From the IMG/VR virus record IMGVR_UViG_3300037808_001436: DNA of 64,000 nt; one strand, 5' to 3'. The notes beneath the pieces were generated by a model that searched no databases, was not told the DNA's origin, and saw only the letters and a program-made list of their open reading frames with translations. Position numbers and translations under genes: made by a program. Within the stretch, counting starts at the first letter, position 1; each line of letters starts with the position of its first letter. This document shows, piece after piece, positions 39,901 to 48,256 of the stretch. This stretch comes from an uncultured virus (IMG/VR IMGVR_UViG_3300037808_001436). Its lineage: Duplodnaviria; Heunggongvirae; Uroviricota; Caudoviricetes.

Positions 39901-40482
39901 ATGGATTTGATGAACGGAAAACGCGGCGAGGACGAAGGCCGCGGAATATTTCACTATGTGCTCGGCAAAGAACGCGGAATTCTTAAAACCATCCGACTTA
40001 ATAAAACCAGTTCTCCAGGACTTAAAGAGGTTCGCTTTGAACAAGAGGGGTATGACGGGCTAAGACAGCTACGCGAGATATATGATGTTGATATTGATTC
40101 ATACGCCAACGTACGGGCCTTTCCAGGAAACTATATTTTTGTTGACCCAAGAGGCTTCGATCCCAGTTTAGTAGGATTCAACAAAGACGGCTTTGATCTA
40201 ACAGATCTGGGCGTCGGCGGCTATTTTATGATCATTAGATCAGAACACGAATTTGGTCCAGGATTAGCAAACACAAAATTGACAGCTGTTTGGGTTGCTG
40301 CAGCTAGCTCCGACAAGGAAAATAAAATGATTGAAGAGGCCATCGGCGCGAACAACAAAGTCAATTCTAAGTGCCATGCATGGAAAACCGCCGACGCTGC
40401 AACCATGCTGGGCGACACGACGTCCGGCACCGATCCGACAAAGCTTGCGTATACTGGAAACAAAGTAGAGCACAGCTCGTAA
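36901..40482 (+). CDS. Large putative baseplate hub/structural protein
   Basis: 1193 aa following LysM protein; C-terminal FPGNYIFVDP...GGYFMI...H.F hub-like pattern. Confidence 0.5.
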   Translation: MADIVKCTSSGPGAGTVGTGYWAGVTGTTHVDGALARHCGGAVLGLDCFSKAAVEYNGIIDQIKAIGKKDATAWMQPPTINHTVNSAFEQIGIDSGWWAQKPPTAPGPAKKVGSNLDSATANTLCKAADVPGVKVVGTQSSSGEYVLDDLPGSTTGEKVYCVYRTMATAGAITGGPVISPSRTGYIFAKGGDYRGLRTDIDWNSGANASGQADVAETVANWVHGYKVSDLPFVNTGVLSTTGLTSKPARAGHLTNMEALKETITAILDPAMYPGVSDLIRLQSLVNSAITLLHGPGLTTCADSAVEHLIPIQEAGQTAVGVAMTTHGDPAGRAAAAQAAQVAASSTGGVFGTVSVEVSHDIKFKEQCVLLSQITTLAQYRRNLDLVAKDANRPLPYKTKSEKNAPLVVDGESFGFMNKLTQWPGMRQFFDMTTAEISGLQPLIRLYKVRDANSTSAKSTEQEIDFDSYAKKDDLPGLTKNKDRRGFGAGIKSFNLIFDGQDIFAQKKSIKATLKIQANSFSELLKKRGPSQRKYRYIDLALKTGKTINEKYPELDELNFRLKAVFGYTPITNSIVKGDLAMALKGTFVSVNLTPVTHNFDFDDLGRVTFTIEYLAYVDEFYNKPRMNIFTHAETYITVLSRKIAFDSLSLTAKCEKNATAAKKVSKKLADQKKEDQKAGLIEKEKKASLKNIFDTLLANDKIYFLNLSRVQLKELLKLGPYYEFTPQINAPGQPLDAGLQSSLANSWKQAIGARPTGPGTGAKRKEDLEASLLLGGIDSVQIPFFYVGDLLNLIIGNMAKFLADTKDGISSAKKYETIDFDPVIQAQEVNTLEESIKEFKKFRVLLGPLELVNHSTDGIVYVNFADVPVSVKYMSEWLTSKLLKKDQAVYPLVQFMKDLFNDLIKKYLNKNDCYPFSIKQKVRLFQSVVTSYPTTKTLPDEITARIVSKKLSGNRLNILKVEKSDMPLLNISGKAGWDRPNPGFDHEMNYFVFYAGRTQPMDLMNGKRGEDEGRGIFHYVLGKERGILKTIRLNKTSSPGLKEVRFEQEGYDGLRQLREIYDVDIDSYANVRAFPGNYIFVDPRGFDPSLVGFNKDGFDLTDLGVGGYFMIIRSEHEFGPGLANTKLTAVWVAAASSDKENKMIEEAIGANNKVNSKCHAWKTADAATMLGDTTSGTDPTKLAYTGNKVEHSS

Positions 40483-40496
40483 AATAGGAAAATAAT

Positions 40497-41714
40497 ATGT
40501 CGACATTTTATATTGAAGAAAAAAATGAAGGTACCCTCTTGACATTTAACAAGAAGATACTGTATAATGAAGATACAATAAATCAAAAATATCCAAATTT
40601 AGTTGATTTTAATTTTGGTGAAAAGTTCTTTTACGGCCGCGTCGACTTTAGGTTTAAGCCAATTTATTTTAGCAACTCTAGTATCCCAGTTAAACATTTT
40701 AAAGGATCTCAGGGGGATGGCGAACAAATCGGCGCCGCTTCTTTTGTTGTAGACGCGTTTGAAGACCTATCCAAGCAGTTTCAAAAGAAAGCCTCTGTTG
40801 GTGCGATACAGACAGACGACCCATTTTTGAGTACGTTAAAGGTCTATAAAGCGTTTTCTGATCCAAGACAGCTATACGATAAGCACTTAGGAAACTATAT
40901 GTCTGCCATGGCAAAGCAGTTCAAAGAGCGAAAAATAGAAGTTCGGAACTTTGAAGAGTTTATGTTCCATTTTAAAGAACTAATACAGAGAAGTGCAAGA
41001 GAATTCCCGTTTACGATGGCTGCTTACATAAAAAGTAAGTATTGTCCGATTTATGCAACTGGCTTAGCGATAGAAATTGCCGACGCCGAGTATTTTAACG
41101 ATGAAGAGAAAATACAGAAGTTTGTTAACAGTAAAAACTGGGAATTTTACCTAAATGCATGCAATTCATACGGCTTTATGGTTGACAAAGCAATTCCGTG
41201 GCGCCTGGTGGCAGATATAGCATCTAACGAGATGCTGACTTATGCTTCAAAATATGGCGCTGGGACCACCGGCCAAGTTCTCAGTATAGGATACAACAAC
41301 ACTTTCTATGAATTCGTAATAATGCTTAGGACATACATGCTAAGAGTATATAATATGGTGCGACCAGAGAGTGTTCTGACACATGAGGAATGCAACGGCC
41401 AAACTGTATCAAGGTATGTTACCCCCAAGAAATATAAAATTGCAGACGTAGAAGAAATAGTGTCAGAAACAGAGTTGTTGACACTTTATTTTAATATACG
41501 TTTCGTTGAAGAGTCCAATCGTCATGATCTAAGTAAGAAACAAAAAATAATTAGAGATTGTCTAAGTATTCGGAATTCCAGGTCTTTATTACACTCTCTA
41601 ATAATATTTGAAGAAATCATCAACCAACCATTTGACTATCACGGCTCATTGAGTTATCTTTATAGACAGTCGAAGATGGGCATCGGAGGAAAGATTGTAC
41701 TTTCAGACACTTGA
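40497..41714 (+). CDS. Hypothetical protein
   Basis: AGGA RBS; 405-aa ORF. Confidence 0.7.
   Translation: MSTFYIEEKNEGTLLTFNKKILYNEDTINQKYPNLVDFNFGEKFFYGRVDFRFKPIYFSNSSIPVKHFKGSQGDGEQIGAASFVVDAFEDLSKQFQKKASVGAIQTDDPFLSTLKVYKAFSDPRQLYDKHLGNYMSAMAKQFKERKIEVRNFEEFMFHFKELIQRSAREFPFTMAAYIKSKYCPIYATGLAIEIADAEYFNDEEKIQKFVNSKNWEFYLNACNSYGFMVDKAIPWRLVADIASNEMLTYASKYGAGTTGQVLSIGYNNTFYEFVIMLRTYMLRVYNMVRPESVLTHEECNGQTVSRYVTPKKYKIADVEEIVSETELLTLYFNIRFVEESNRHDLSKKQKIIRDCLSIRNSRSLLHSLIIFEEIINQPFDYHGSLSYLYRQSKMGIGGKIVLSDT
41632..41660 (+). promoter_or_regulatory. Sigma70-type promoter TTGACT-17-TATCTT
   Basis: Directly upstream of PolA-like gene. Confidence 0.5.
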
Positions 41715-42879
41715 TGATAAAAAAGAATGTGTCGGCGTGTATGCTGCCGGCCACCTTCACTTCAATACTATCCCAGACAACTTAACTCGGACATGGCGCC
41801 CAACCAGCGATCCCGTCTCTTCAGCCGAATACGCTTGGTTCTACACCCAAGGTAAAAATATGGCCGCGGCATGCCCGGATCATCTCAAGGAAGATTGGGA
41901 GAAGATATCAAGAAAAATAGGAGCGTACAAGAAGTCGTTTGACATTGCTAAAATTGACATGAGAAGCCACTGCTTTTTTGATCTTGTGCCTCACGATGCA
42001 TTGGTCGCTTTTTGTGAGATCAAGAACCAGATCACAGAATACATATTTGAGAATAACGAAAAACCAGAGAACTATGATTATTTGGTCGGCGCCGAAAGGC
42101 TCCTATATAAGATAAAGTACCAGGATCTAAAACTCGATAGCACCGACTGCCGAAACATGCTGACAAACACCAATTTGCGAAAGGGCTGTCAAAAATTGCT
42201 CGGTGGACCTGTATACATTGATTACAACCTCTTTGGCACCGTCACAGGCCGTCTTACCACACAATGCGGTGCATTCCCTATCTTGACGATGAAAAAGGAT
42301 CTCAGGCGTATTATAAAGCCTCACAATGATTGGTTTATATCGATGGATTATAATGGTGCGGAAGCTCGCACTATTTTGGCATTAGCCGGCACCAGCCAAC
42401 CAGAAGAAGACATCCATGAATGGAATATCGTTAATGTATTCAAAAAACCAGAGATGTTCAGAGAAGAGGCAAAAACCCTTTTCTTTTCTTGGTTATACAA
42501 CCCAGACTCAAAAGAGCTTGATGACAGCTTCTATGATCGTGAAAAAGTCCTTGACAAGTATTATGATGGGGAGTATATTACTACTGTATTTGGCCGCCAT
42601 ATCAAGGTCAATAATTGGAAGGCATTAAATTACTTGGTTCAAAGTACCACCGCGGACCTTGTGATTGAGAGAGCCATCGCGATTGATAAAATGTTGGAAG
42701 ACAAAAAGTCATTCATCTCACATATCGTACACGATGAGGTAGTTGTTGATTTCGCCGATGAAGATAGAGGAATGATCACAGAAATGAAAGATATGTTTGC
42801 TAAGAATCGCATAGGCAAGTTTGAAGTAAACCTGAAGGCCGGAAAGAATTACTATGATTTGGACAATTTAGTATTATGA
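41695..42879 (+). CDS. Compact family A DNA polymerase-like protein
   Basis: TVTGRL, motif A MDYNGAEAR, motif B REEAK..F...Y, NYLVQSTTAD, motif C VHDE; GGAGG RBS with TTG start. Confidence 0.8.
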   Translation: MYFQTLDDKKECVGVYAAGHLHFNTIPDNLTRTWRPTSDPVSSAEYAWFYTQGKNMAAACPDHLKEDWEKISRKIGAYKKSFDIAKIDMRSHCFFDLVPHDALVAFCEIKNQITEYIFENNEKPENYDYLVGAERLLYKIKYQDLKLDSTDCRNMLTNTNLRKGCQKLLGGPVYIDYNLFGTVTGRLTTQCGAFPILTMKKDLRRIIKPHNDWFISMDYNGAEARTILALAGTSQPEEDIHEWNIVNVFKKPEMFREEAKTLFFSWLYNPDSKELDDSFYDREKVLDKYYDGEYITTVFGRHIKVNNWKALNYLVQSTTADLVIERAIAIDKMLEDKKSFISHIVHDEVVVDFADEDRGMITEMKDMFAKNRIGKFEVNLKAGKNYYDLDNLVL

Positions 42880-43733
42880 TTTCGATAGTTGGCATAGGAA
42901 CAGGCGCCTCAGCCATCGCTAATAAGTTTAGAGATGTTACACAATATGATGTATACGAGTTAAGTGATAAGTTTGCAAGAAGTAGCAAGCGAAAGCACAA
43001 GCTCAAGAAGTTTAAAACCCCAGAAGAGTACGAAAAGAACGTCCCGAATCTCAAAGGATTCTTTAAGGATTTAAGAGAGACCGTCCAAGTGTTTATCGTT
43101 GGTACATCTTATAGTTCAAACTATTCCCTTGGTATTCTTGAACAAATGAAAGACAAGAAGCTAGAGGTGTTTTATATTAAACCAGATGTTGATCTTGTGA
43201 ATGGTGAACGTCGTCTTGTAGAGAACGTGGTTTTCGGTGTGCTGCAGGAATATGCCCGCTCCGGCCTTTTTGAGTCAATAACTGTTTTTTCGAACCTTGA
43301 GATTGAAAGGACGCTTGGCGATGTGCCAATCAAAACTTACTACGACACCCTTAATTCCGCAATCTTCTCTGCGGTCCACTATCTCAACTACTTCACTCAT
43401 GCAGAACCAGAGATCGGCCAAGTCGCGAAACCAGCTGAAATTAATCGTATCCGCACCATGGCCATACTAAATACAAAAAATCTTCATGAAAATTGGTTAT
43501 TTCAGCTTGACAATGAACGTGAACTGTGTTATTATATATGTGTAAATGAAGAAAGGTTAGCGTCTGAAGGGTCGCTACATAGGAAACTAGTGAATATTTT
43601 GAAGGACAAGTCAACAAACGCATTTCGTAAGATTTCATACGCGATCTATGAAACTCCACACAATGATTTTGGGTACGTCGTGGCCCACACAAACACGATA
43701 CAACAACAAAAGACTCTTGACAAAGTAGATTAA
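42876..43733 (+). CDS. Divergent tubulin/FtsZ-like protein lacking the GGGTGS loop
   Basis: IVGIGTGASAIA N-terminal motif; LQEYARSG..ITVFSN, ..YYDTLN..I resembles tubulin-fold core. Confidence 0.45.
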   Translation: MISIVGIGTGASAIANKFRDVTQYDVYELSDKFARSSKRKHKLKKFKTPEEYEKNVPNLKGFFKDLRETVQVFIVGTSYSSNYSLGILEQMKDKKLEVFYIKPDVDLVNGERRLVENVVFGVLQEYARSGLFESITVFSNLEIERTLGDVPIKTYYDTLNSAIFSAVHYLNYFTHAEPEIGQVAKPAEINRIRTMAILNTKNLHENWLFQLDNERELCYYICVNEERLASEGSLHRKLVNILKDKSTNAFRKISYAIYETPHNDFGYVVAHTNTIQQQKTLDKVD

Positions 43734-43745
43734 GAGTGTTACATT
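43717..43745 (+). promoter_or_regulatory. Sigma70-type promoter TTGACA-17-TACATT
   Basis: Upstream of SSB gene, with TG extended -10. Confidence 0.65.
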
Positions 43746-43800
43746 AGATATTGAGGAACCGCTCAATATACTTTACCATAAACAATAAAGGAGACAATAG

Positions 43801-44568
43801 ATGTCAATTAACATGGAACTAATGAGAAAGAAGCTTGCCACACTACGTGGTGAGGGAACAAGGGAACAATCAGTATGGTTTAAGCCCGATGAAGGAGACC
43901 AAGATATCCGAATCGTGCCTGCACCTGATGGTGATCCCCTCAAGGAGATGTATTTCCACTATAATGTGGGAAACCACCGCGGCGGCATTGTATGCCCCAA
44001 GCGCAACTTTGGCGATGACTGCCCGATTTGCGAGTTTGCCTCGGCACTATGGCGCGAGGGAACAGACACCAACGATGAAGAGAGCAAGAAGCTTGCTAAG
44101 TCACTCTTTGTTCGCAACCGGTTCTTCTCACCAGTAGTGGTGCGAGGCCGAGAAGACGAAGGAATCAAGATCTATGGTTACGGTAAGCGTGCCTATGAGA
44201 ACCTTCTTGGATACATTCTGGATCCGGATTACGGTGATATTACCGATACTCTTGAGGGAACTGACATTTCTCTCACATACACCAAGCCTACACAGCCTGG
44301 TGCATACCCCCAAACGAACCTAAAGATGCGTCGAAATACTTCCTCGCTCTTGGAAGACAGGGATGCTATCCCCGCCCTCCTTGATAGTATGCCAGACATT
44401 GACTCTCTATTCGAGCGTCAAACTCCAGAGCAAATCAATGCAATCTTAGATGAGCAATTAGCCGGCGATGGAAGCGCCGAGTCCCGTTCGACGGAAACAA
44501 CACGTTATAGCAGTGGCAATAAAAATGATGTGGACCGAGCGTTTGACGAACTAATGGCAAACAAATAA
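43801..44568 (+). CDS. Single-stranded DNA-binding protein (T4 gp32-like)
   Basis: WFKP..G...IRIVP, HY..., CP....GDDCPIC, YGDITD...G.D, acidic tail DRAFDELM. Confidence 0.8.
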   Translation: MSINMELMRKKLATLRGEGTREQSVWFKPDEGDQDIRIVPAPDGDPLKEMYFHYNVGNHRGGIVCPKRNFGDDCPICEFASALWREGTDTNDEESKKLAKSLFVRNRFFSPVVVRGREDEGIKIYGYGKRAYENLLGYILDPDYGDITDTLEGTDISLTYTKPTQPGAYPQTNLKMRRNTSSLLEDRDAIPALLDSMPDIDSLFERQTPEQINAILDEQLAGDGSAESRSTETTRYSSGNKNDVDRAFDELMANK

Positions 44569-44590
44569 CAATATAAGTAGGTTCGTTTGA

Positions 44591-44629
44591 TGCCGATGGC
44601 ACCCCGGCAGTAAATAAATCGGGTGCCGC
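44591..44629 (+). ncRNA. Pseudoknot-like element 1
   Basis: TGCCG/CGGCA and GGCACCC/GGGTGCC interleaved pairings. Confidence 0.6.
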
Positions 44630-44656
44630 ATTATTCTATATAACAAAGGAGATATT

Positions 44657-44893
44657 ATGGAAATGTTAAAATCGCTATGGGCTAAGTGGAAAGTCCATGT
44701 TAGTGTAATCGGTGGGGTACTTGTTATCGCCACCGCGTATGGGACGTGTTCAGTTGACCCTGCCACAGTCTCAACAAACACAACGACAACAACAGCTGTT
44801 CCAGTCGAAACGGTGGCTTCACCAGATACCGTGCCAGAAGAAGGCACGGTTGATGTAGCAGCCACCACAGAGACCGCGACAACTACCGAGTAA
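44657..44893 (+). CDS. Small membrane-anchored Thr-rich protein
   Basis: AGGAG RBS; N-terminal TM, Thr/Glu-rich tail. Confidence 0.7.
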   Translation: MEMLKSLWAKWKVHVSVIGGVLVIATAYGTCSVDPATVSTNTTTTTAVPVETVASPDTVPEEGTVDVAATTETATTTE

Positions 44894-44899
44894 TATATG

Positions 44900-44930
44900 G
44901 CCGCTGGCAGGCCGGCGAAAAGCCTGCCGC
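44900..44930 (+). ncRNA. Pseudoknot-like element 2
   Basis: GCCG/CGGC and GGCAGGC/GCCTGCC. Confidence 0.6.
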
Positions 44931-44957
44931 ATTTTAAACACACTAAGGAGAGACAAA

Positions 44958-45146
44958 ATGAGTAATTCGATACCGGAAACACTGGAAAATTTGATTACGA
45001 TGCTTGAGGCAACGAGAGCGGACTATGCTAAGTTTTATAGTGACGGGAACAGTGCCGCAGGCACACGAATCCGTAAGGTTATGCAAGAGGTGAAGACTTC
45101 AGCACAAGCATTGCGGTTACATGTCCAAGAAACCAAGAACACTTAG
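44958..45146 (+). CDS. Histone H1-like (Hc1-family) small protein
   Basis: KF..GNSAAGTRIRKVMQEVK..AQ.LR..VQ pattern; AGGAG RBS. Confidence 0.65.
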   Translation: MSNSIPETLENLITMLEATRADYAKFYSDGNSAAGTRIRKVMQEVKTSAQALRLHVQETKNT

Positions 45147-45160
45147 CTTGTTGGACAATC

Positions 45161-45189
45161 CCGCTAGCACACCGGTTAAAGTGTGCTGC
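45161..45189 (+). ncRNA. Pseudoknot-like element 3
   Basis: CCG/CGG and AGCACAC/GTGTGCT. Confidence 0.55.
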
Positions 45190-45218
45190 TTTTTAACGTT
45201 TTCACAAGAGGAGAAATA

Positions 45219-45332
45219 ATGAAGTTTATCTTACCTATCTTTGTTGTAATGGCACTTAGCGCTTGCGACGACAAAGAAGATGACACTGCAGCCGACACGG
45301 CTGCACCTGCAGAAGATACTGCAGCAGAATAA
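45219..45332 (+). CDS. 37-aa acidic lipoprotein (not in ORF track)
   Basis: GAGGAG RBS; MKFILPIFVVMALSACDDKEDDTAADTAAPAEDTAAE with lipobox LSAC. Confidence 0.75.
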   Translation: MKFILPIFVVMALSACDDKEDDTAADTAAPAEDTAAE

Positions 45333-45339
45333 ACAAACA

Positions 45340-45370
45340 GCCGCTGGCAGACCGGTCAAAAGTCTGCCGC
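45340..45370 (+). ncRNA. Pseudoknot-like element 4
   Basis: GCCG/CGGT and GGCAGAC/GTCTGCC. Confidence 0.6.
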
Positions 45371-45392
45371 ATTTTAATTTATAGGAGAACAA

Positions 45393-46520
45393 ATGGCTAA
45401 AAAAGCTAAAGAAACAAAAGCCGGCCGAGTATCAATGCAAGACCTAATGAGTCTTGTTAATAAGAAGGCCGGCCGCCATGTTGCACACGACTTAACTGGC
45501 GAGAACCCAACCGAGGTCAAAGAATGGATCTCTACAGGATCTCGATGGCTTGACAGTATCATTTGTAAAGGACAAGTAGCCGGCATTCCTGTTGGTAAAG
45601 TATCTGAACTTGCTGGATTGACTTCCACAGGGAAATCATATATGGCTGCGCAGATTGCCGCAAATGCCCAGAAACAGGGCAAGATAGTCGTTTACTTCGA
45701 TTCAGAGTCTGCCATCGACCCCGACTTCTTAGAGCGCGCAGGATGCGACCTAAGCCGCTTAATGTATATTCAGGCAACTTCTGTGGAGTTTGTGCTTGAG
45801 ACAATCGAAGAGTTGCTGGGAGCATCAGATGATCAACTATTGTTTATCTGGGATTCTCTCGCATTCACGCCGTCAGTATCCGACGTTGAAGGAGACTTCA
45901 ACCCGCAATCTTCGATGGCAGTGAAAGCACGCATTTTAGCGAAGGGTATGTCCAAACTGGTCATCCCCATTGCAGACAAACAAGCAACACTGCTCGTTCT
46001 CAATCAGTTGAAGACGAATATCCCAAGCGGCCCGAATGCACGTATTATTGCGATGACGACGCCGTATATGACTCCGGGCGGCAAAGCCCTCCATTACTCA
46101 TATTCACTGCGCATTTGGCTGACAGGACGAAAGGCAAAGTCAGCGTTTGTTGAAGATAGCAAGGGCTTCCGTATCGGATCAGAGGTCAAGGCAAAGATCG
46201 AGAAGTCACGCTTTGGCACCCAAGGACGAAACTGCGCCTTCCGCATCTTGTGGGGTACAGAGGACGTGGGCATTAATGATGAAGAGTCATGGCTGGATGC
46301 GGTCAAGAGTTCTGAGTTCTTAAAATGCGCCGGATCGTGGTACACGCTAGAAATGCCGGATGGTTATACAAAGAAGTTCCAGCCATCAAAGTGGGCTGAG
46401 ATCATCAAGGCTGATGAAGAGTTTAAGAATAAGATTGTCCAGTTGATGGATGAAGAAGTTGTTCAAAAGTTTGACAAGCGCGAAGGCAAAGCGGCAGATT
46501 TCTATAACGATCCTGAGTAA
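45393..46520 (+). CDS. recA: RecA/UvsX recombinase
   Basis: WISTGS..LD, GLTSTGKS Walker A, YFDSE, WDSL, LNQL, TPGGKAL. Confidence 0.92.
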   Translation: MAKKAKETKAGRVSMQDLMSLVNKKAGRHVAHDLTGENPTEVKEWISTGSRWLDSIICKGQVAGIPVGKVSELAGLTSTGKSYMAAQIAANAQKQGKIVVYFDSESAIDPDFLERAGCDLSRLMYIQATSVEFVLETIEELLGASDDQLLFIWDSLAFTPSVSDVEGDFNPQSSMAVKARILAKGMSKLVIPIADKQATLLVLNQLKTNIPSGPNARIIAMTTPYMTPGGKALHYSYSLRIWLTGRKAKSAFVEDSKGFRIGSEVKAKIEKSRFGTQGRNCAFRILWGTEDVGINDEESWLDAVKSSEFLKCAGSWYTLEMPDGYTKKFQPSKWAEIIKADEEFKNKIVQLMDEEVVQKFDKREGKAADFYNDPE

Positions 46521-46524
46521 ACAC

Positions 46525-46553
46525 TTGACAGCAAGCTATCGCTGTGATATATT
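46525..46553 (+). promoter_or_regulatory. Sigma70-type promoter TTGACA-17-TATATT
   Basis: Intergenic after recA. Confidence 0.7.
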
Positions 46554-46577
46554 AGATATATAAGCTTGTAGGAGGGC

Positions 46578-47024
46578 TTGATGTCAACAGTAGCAAAAGA
46601 ATACGAGTCGCCATATAGTGCTACTAGGTTTCATGCATACAGCGGGAAAGTTAAGAGGTATATGAGCCTCGCACGTCAAGTAGCACAACAGAGCACTCTA
46701 CCAGACTACCGCCATGGCGCGGTACTTATAAAGGGTAGTGTGCGAAATGTATCAACAAATAAGAACGGTTACTGTTCCTTTGGCTCTCGCTTTCAACACG
46801 AGCACAACGGCATCAGCACGCTCCACGCAGAACTCGGCGCAATACTGGGTGTTGATAGGAGCATCACTGAGGGCGCAACGGTTTATATCGCGAGAATAGG
46901 AAAAGCAGGAAAGTATAAAATATCAAAGCCCTGTCCGATGTGTCACGCAGCGATGAAGCACGTTGGAATAAGAAAAGTGGTATATACCATTGACAACAAA
47001 ATGGCAGGGAGTTACAGACTATGA
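46578..47024 (+). CDS. Cytidine/dCMP deaminase-fold protein
   Basis: HGAVL, LHAE, KPCPMC zinc motifs. Confidence 0.8.
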   Translation: MMSTVAKEYESPYSATRFHAYSGKVKRYMSLARQVAQQSTLPDYRHGAVLIKGSVRNVSTNKNGYCSFGSRFQHEHNGISTLHAELGAILGVDRSITEGATVYIARIGKAGKYKISKPCPMCHAAMKHVGIRKVVYTIDNKMAGSYRL

Positions 47025-47239
47025 AAGTAGGTGATCTAGTTAAAATGATCTGCGAGATAAACGATACGGACGAGGACTATAGCTCGACTCTATCAATAGA
47101 AACCCGTGTTGGCTTATATAACAAGATGATCGATATGGATAGCAGTTTCTTCGGCGATAAACATCAGGTTTATGTCGAGGGCAAACTAAGAGAATATAGT
47201 GAGAAACTATGGAAAGTAGAGGTATTGAATGAGCGATAA
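47021..47239 (+). CDS. Small hypothetical protein (MKVGDLV start)
   Basis: GGGAG RBS; overlaps neighbours. Confidence 0.6.
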   Translation: MKVGDLVKMICEINDTDEDYSSTLSIETRVGLYNKMIDMDSSFFGDKHQVYVEGKLREYSEKLWKVEVLNER

Positions 47240-48197
47240 AATGAAAAGAGTCTTGTTAATAGACAGTCTGAATATGTTTATTAGAGCGTATATTATGGAT
47301 CCCAGCCTAACAATGGGGGGCAACCCGTGTGGAGGTATTAAGGGGACACTAAAGATCCTTCAAAAGTTGGTGAGAGAGACAAGGCCCGACGAGATCGTAT
47401 TCATCTGGGATGGTCCTGGTGGTTCAAACAAGCGCAAGGCTATTAATAAGAACTACAAAGCCGGCCGCAAGCCAATCCGCCTCAACCGGAGTGTAAAGAA
47501 CCTCACAGAAGATGAGGAAATGAAGAACAAGGTATGGCAGCAAATGCGCCTGATGGAATATATGAATGAGATGCCCATCATTCAAATAATGCTTCCAGAG
47601 GTAGAAGCAGACGATGTGATCGCACACCTTACCCATCTATCGCATTACGATGGCTGGCAGAAGGTGATTATATCGAACGACCAAGACTTCTATCAATTGT
47701 GTGATGATGAGACTGTTGTATTCCGTCCTGTTAAGAAGGCAGTGTATAATAAGAAGAAGATCATTGAAGAACTCGGTGTTCATCCACGAAATATGGCACT
47801 TGCGAGAGCCCTGATCGGTGACTCTTCGGATAACCTGCCTGGGATCCGCGGGGTAGGTTTCAAGACAATTGAAAAGCGGCTGAGTTTCTTAGGCTCTGAC
47901 AAAGACTATACGGTCGATGATGTAATAGAATATTGCGTGAACACAGGCTCGAAGTTAAAATTTCATAAGAATATTATTGAAGGCCAAGAAATAATTGAAC
48001 ACAATTACAAAATGATGCAACTCTATTCTCCAATGCTTTCGGTTCAGTCAAAAGACTTCGTTCAAAATGCAGTTGAGAATTTCGAGTGTGTTTTCAATAA
48101 GATAGAGATAATGAAAAATATGAGGGATGACGGTTTTGGGGAATTAAATTGGAAAGATCTTGAGCTTCACTTAAATAAAATCAACTCTGAGGCCTAA
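47229..48197 (+). CDS. 5'-3' exonuclease / T4 RNase H-like flap nuclease
   Basis: LLIDSLN, WDG, YKAGR, EADDVIA, SNDQDFYQL, GDSSDNLPGIRGVG. Confidence 0.92.
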   Translation: MSDKMKRVLLIDSLNMFIRAYIMDPSLTMGGNPCGGIKGTLKILQKLVRETRPDEIVFIWDGPGGSNKRKAINKNYKAGRKPIRLNRSVKNLTEDEEMKNKVWQQMRLMEYMNEMPIIQIMLPEVEADDVIAHLTHLSHYDGWQKVIISNDQDFYQLCDDETVVFRPVKKAVYNKKKIIEELGVHPRNMALARALIGDSSDNLPGIRGVGFKTIEKRLSFLGSDKDYTVDDVIEYCVNTGSKLKFHKNIIEGQEIIEHNYKMMQLYSPMLSVQSKDFVQNAVENFECVFNKIEIMKNMRDDGFGELNWKDLELHLNKINSEA

Positions 48198-48202
48198 AAT
48201 GC

Positions 48203-48230
48203 TTGACTTTACGGCTGGAACCGTTATACT
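48203..48230 (+). promoter_or_regulatory. Sigma70-type promoter TTGACT-16-TATACT
   Basis: Intergenic upstream of helicase. Confidence 0.55.
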
Positions 48231-48256
48231 TATAGAAACAAGATACGAGGTGATAC

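Noticed and set aside
44591..45370. CRISPR array interpretation of the four repeated elements
   Set aside because: Repeats are divergent in sequence, spacing is about 180-310 nt and the intervals are ORFs with RBSs; no cas genes in the window.
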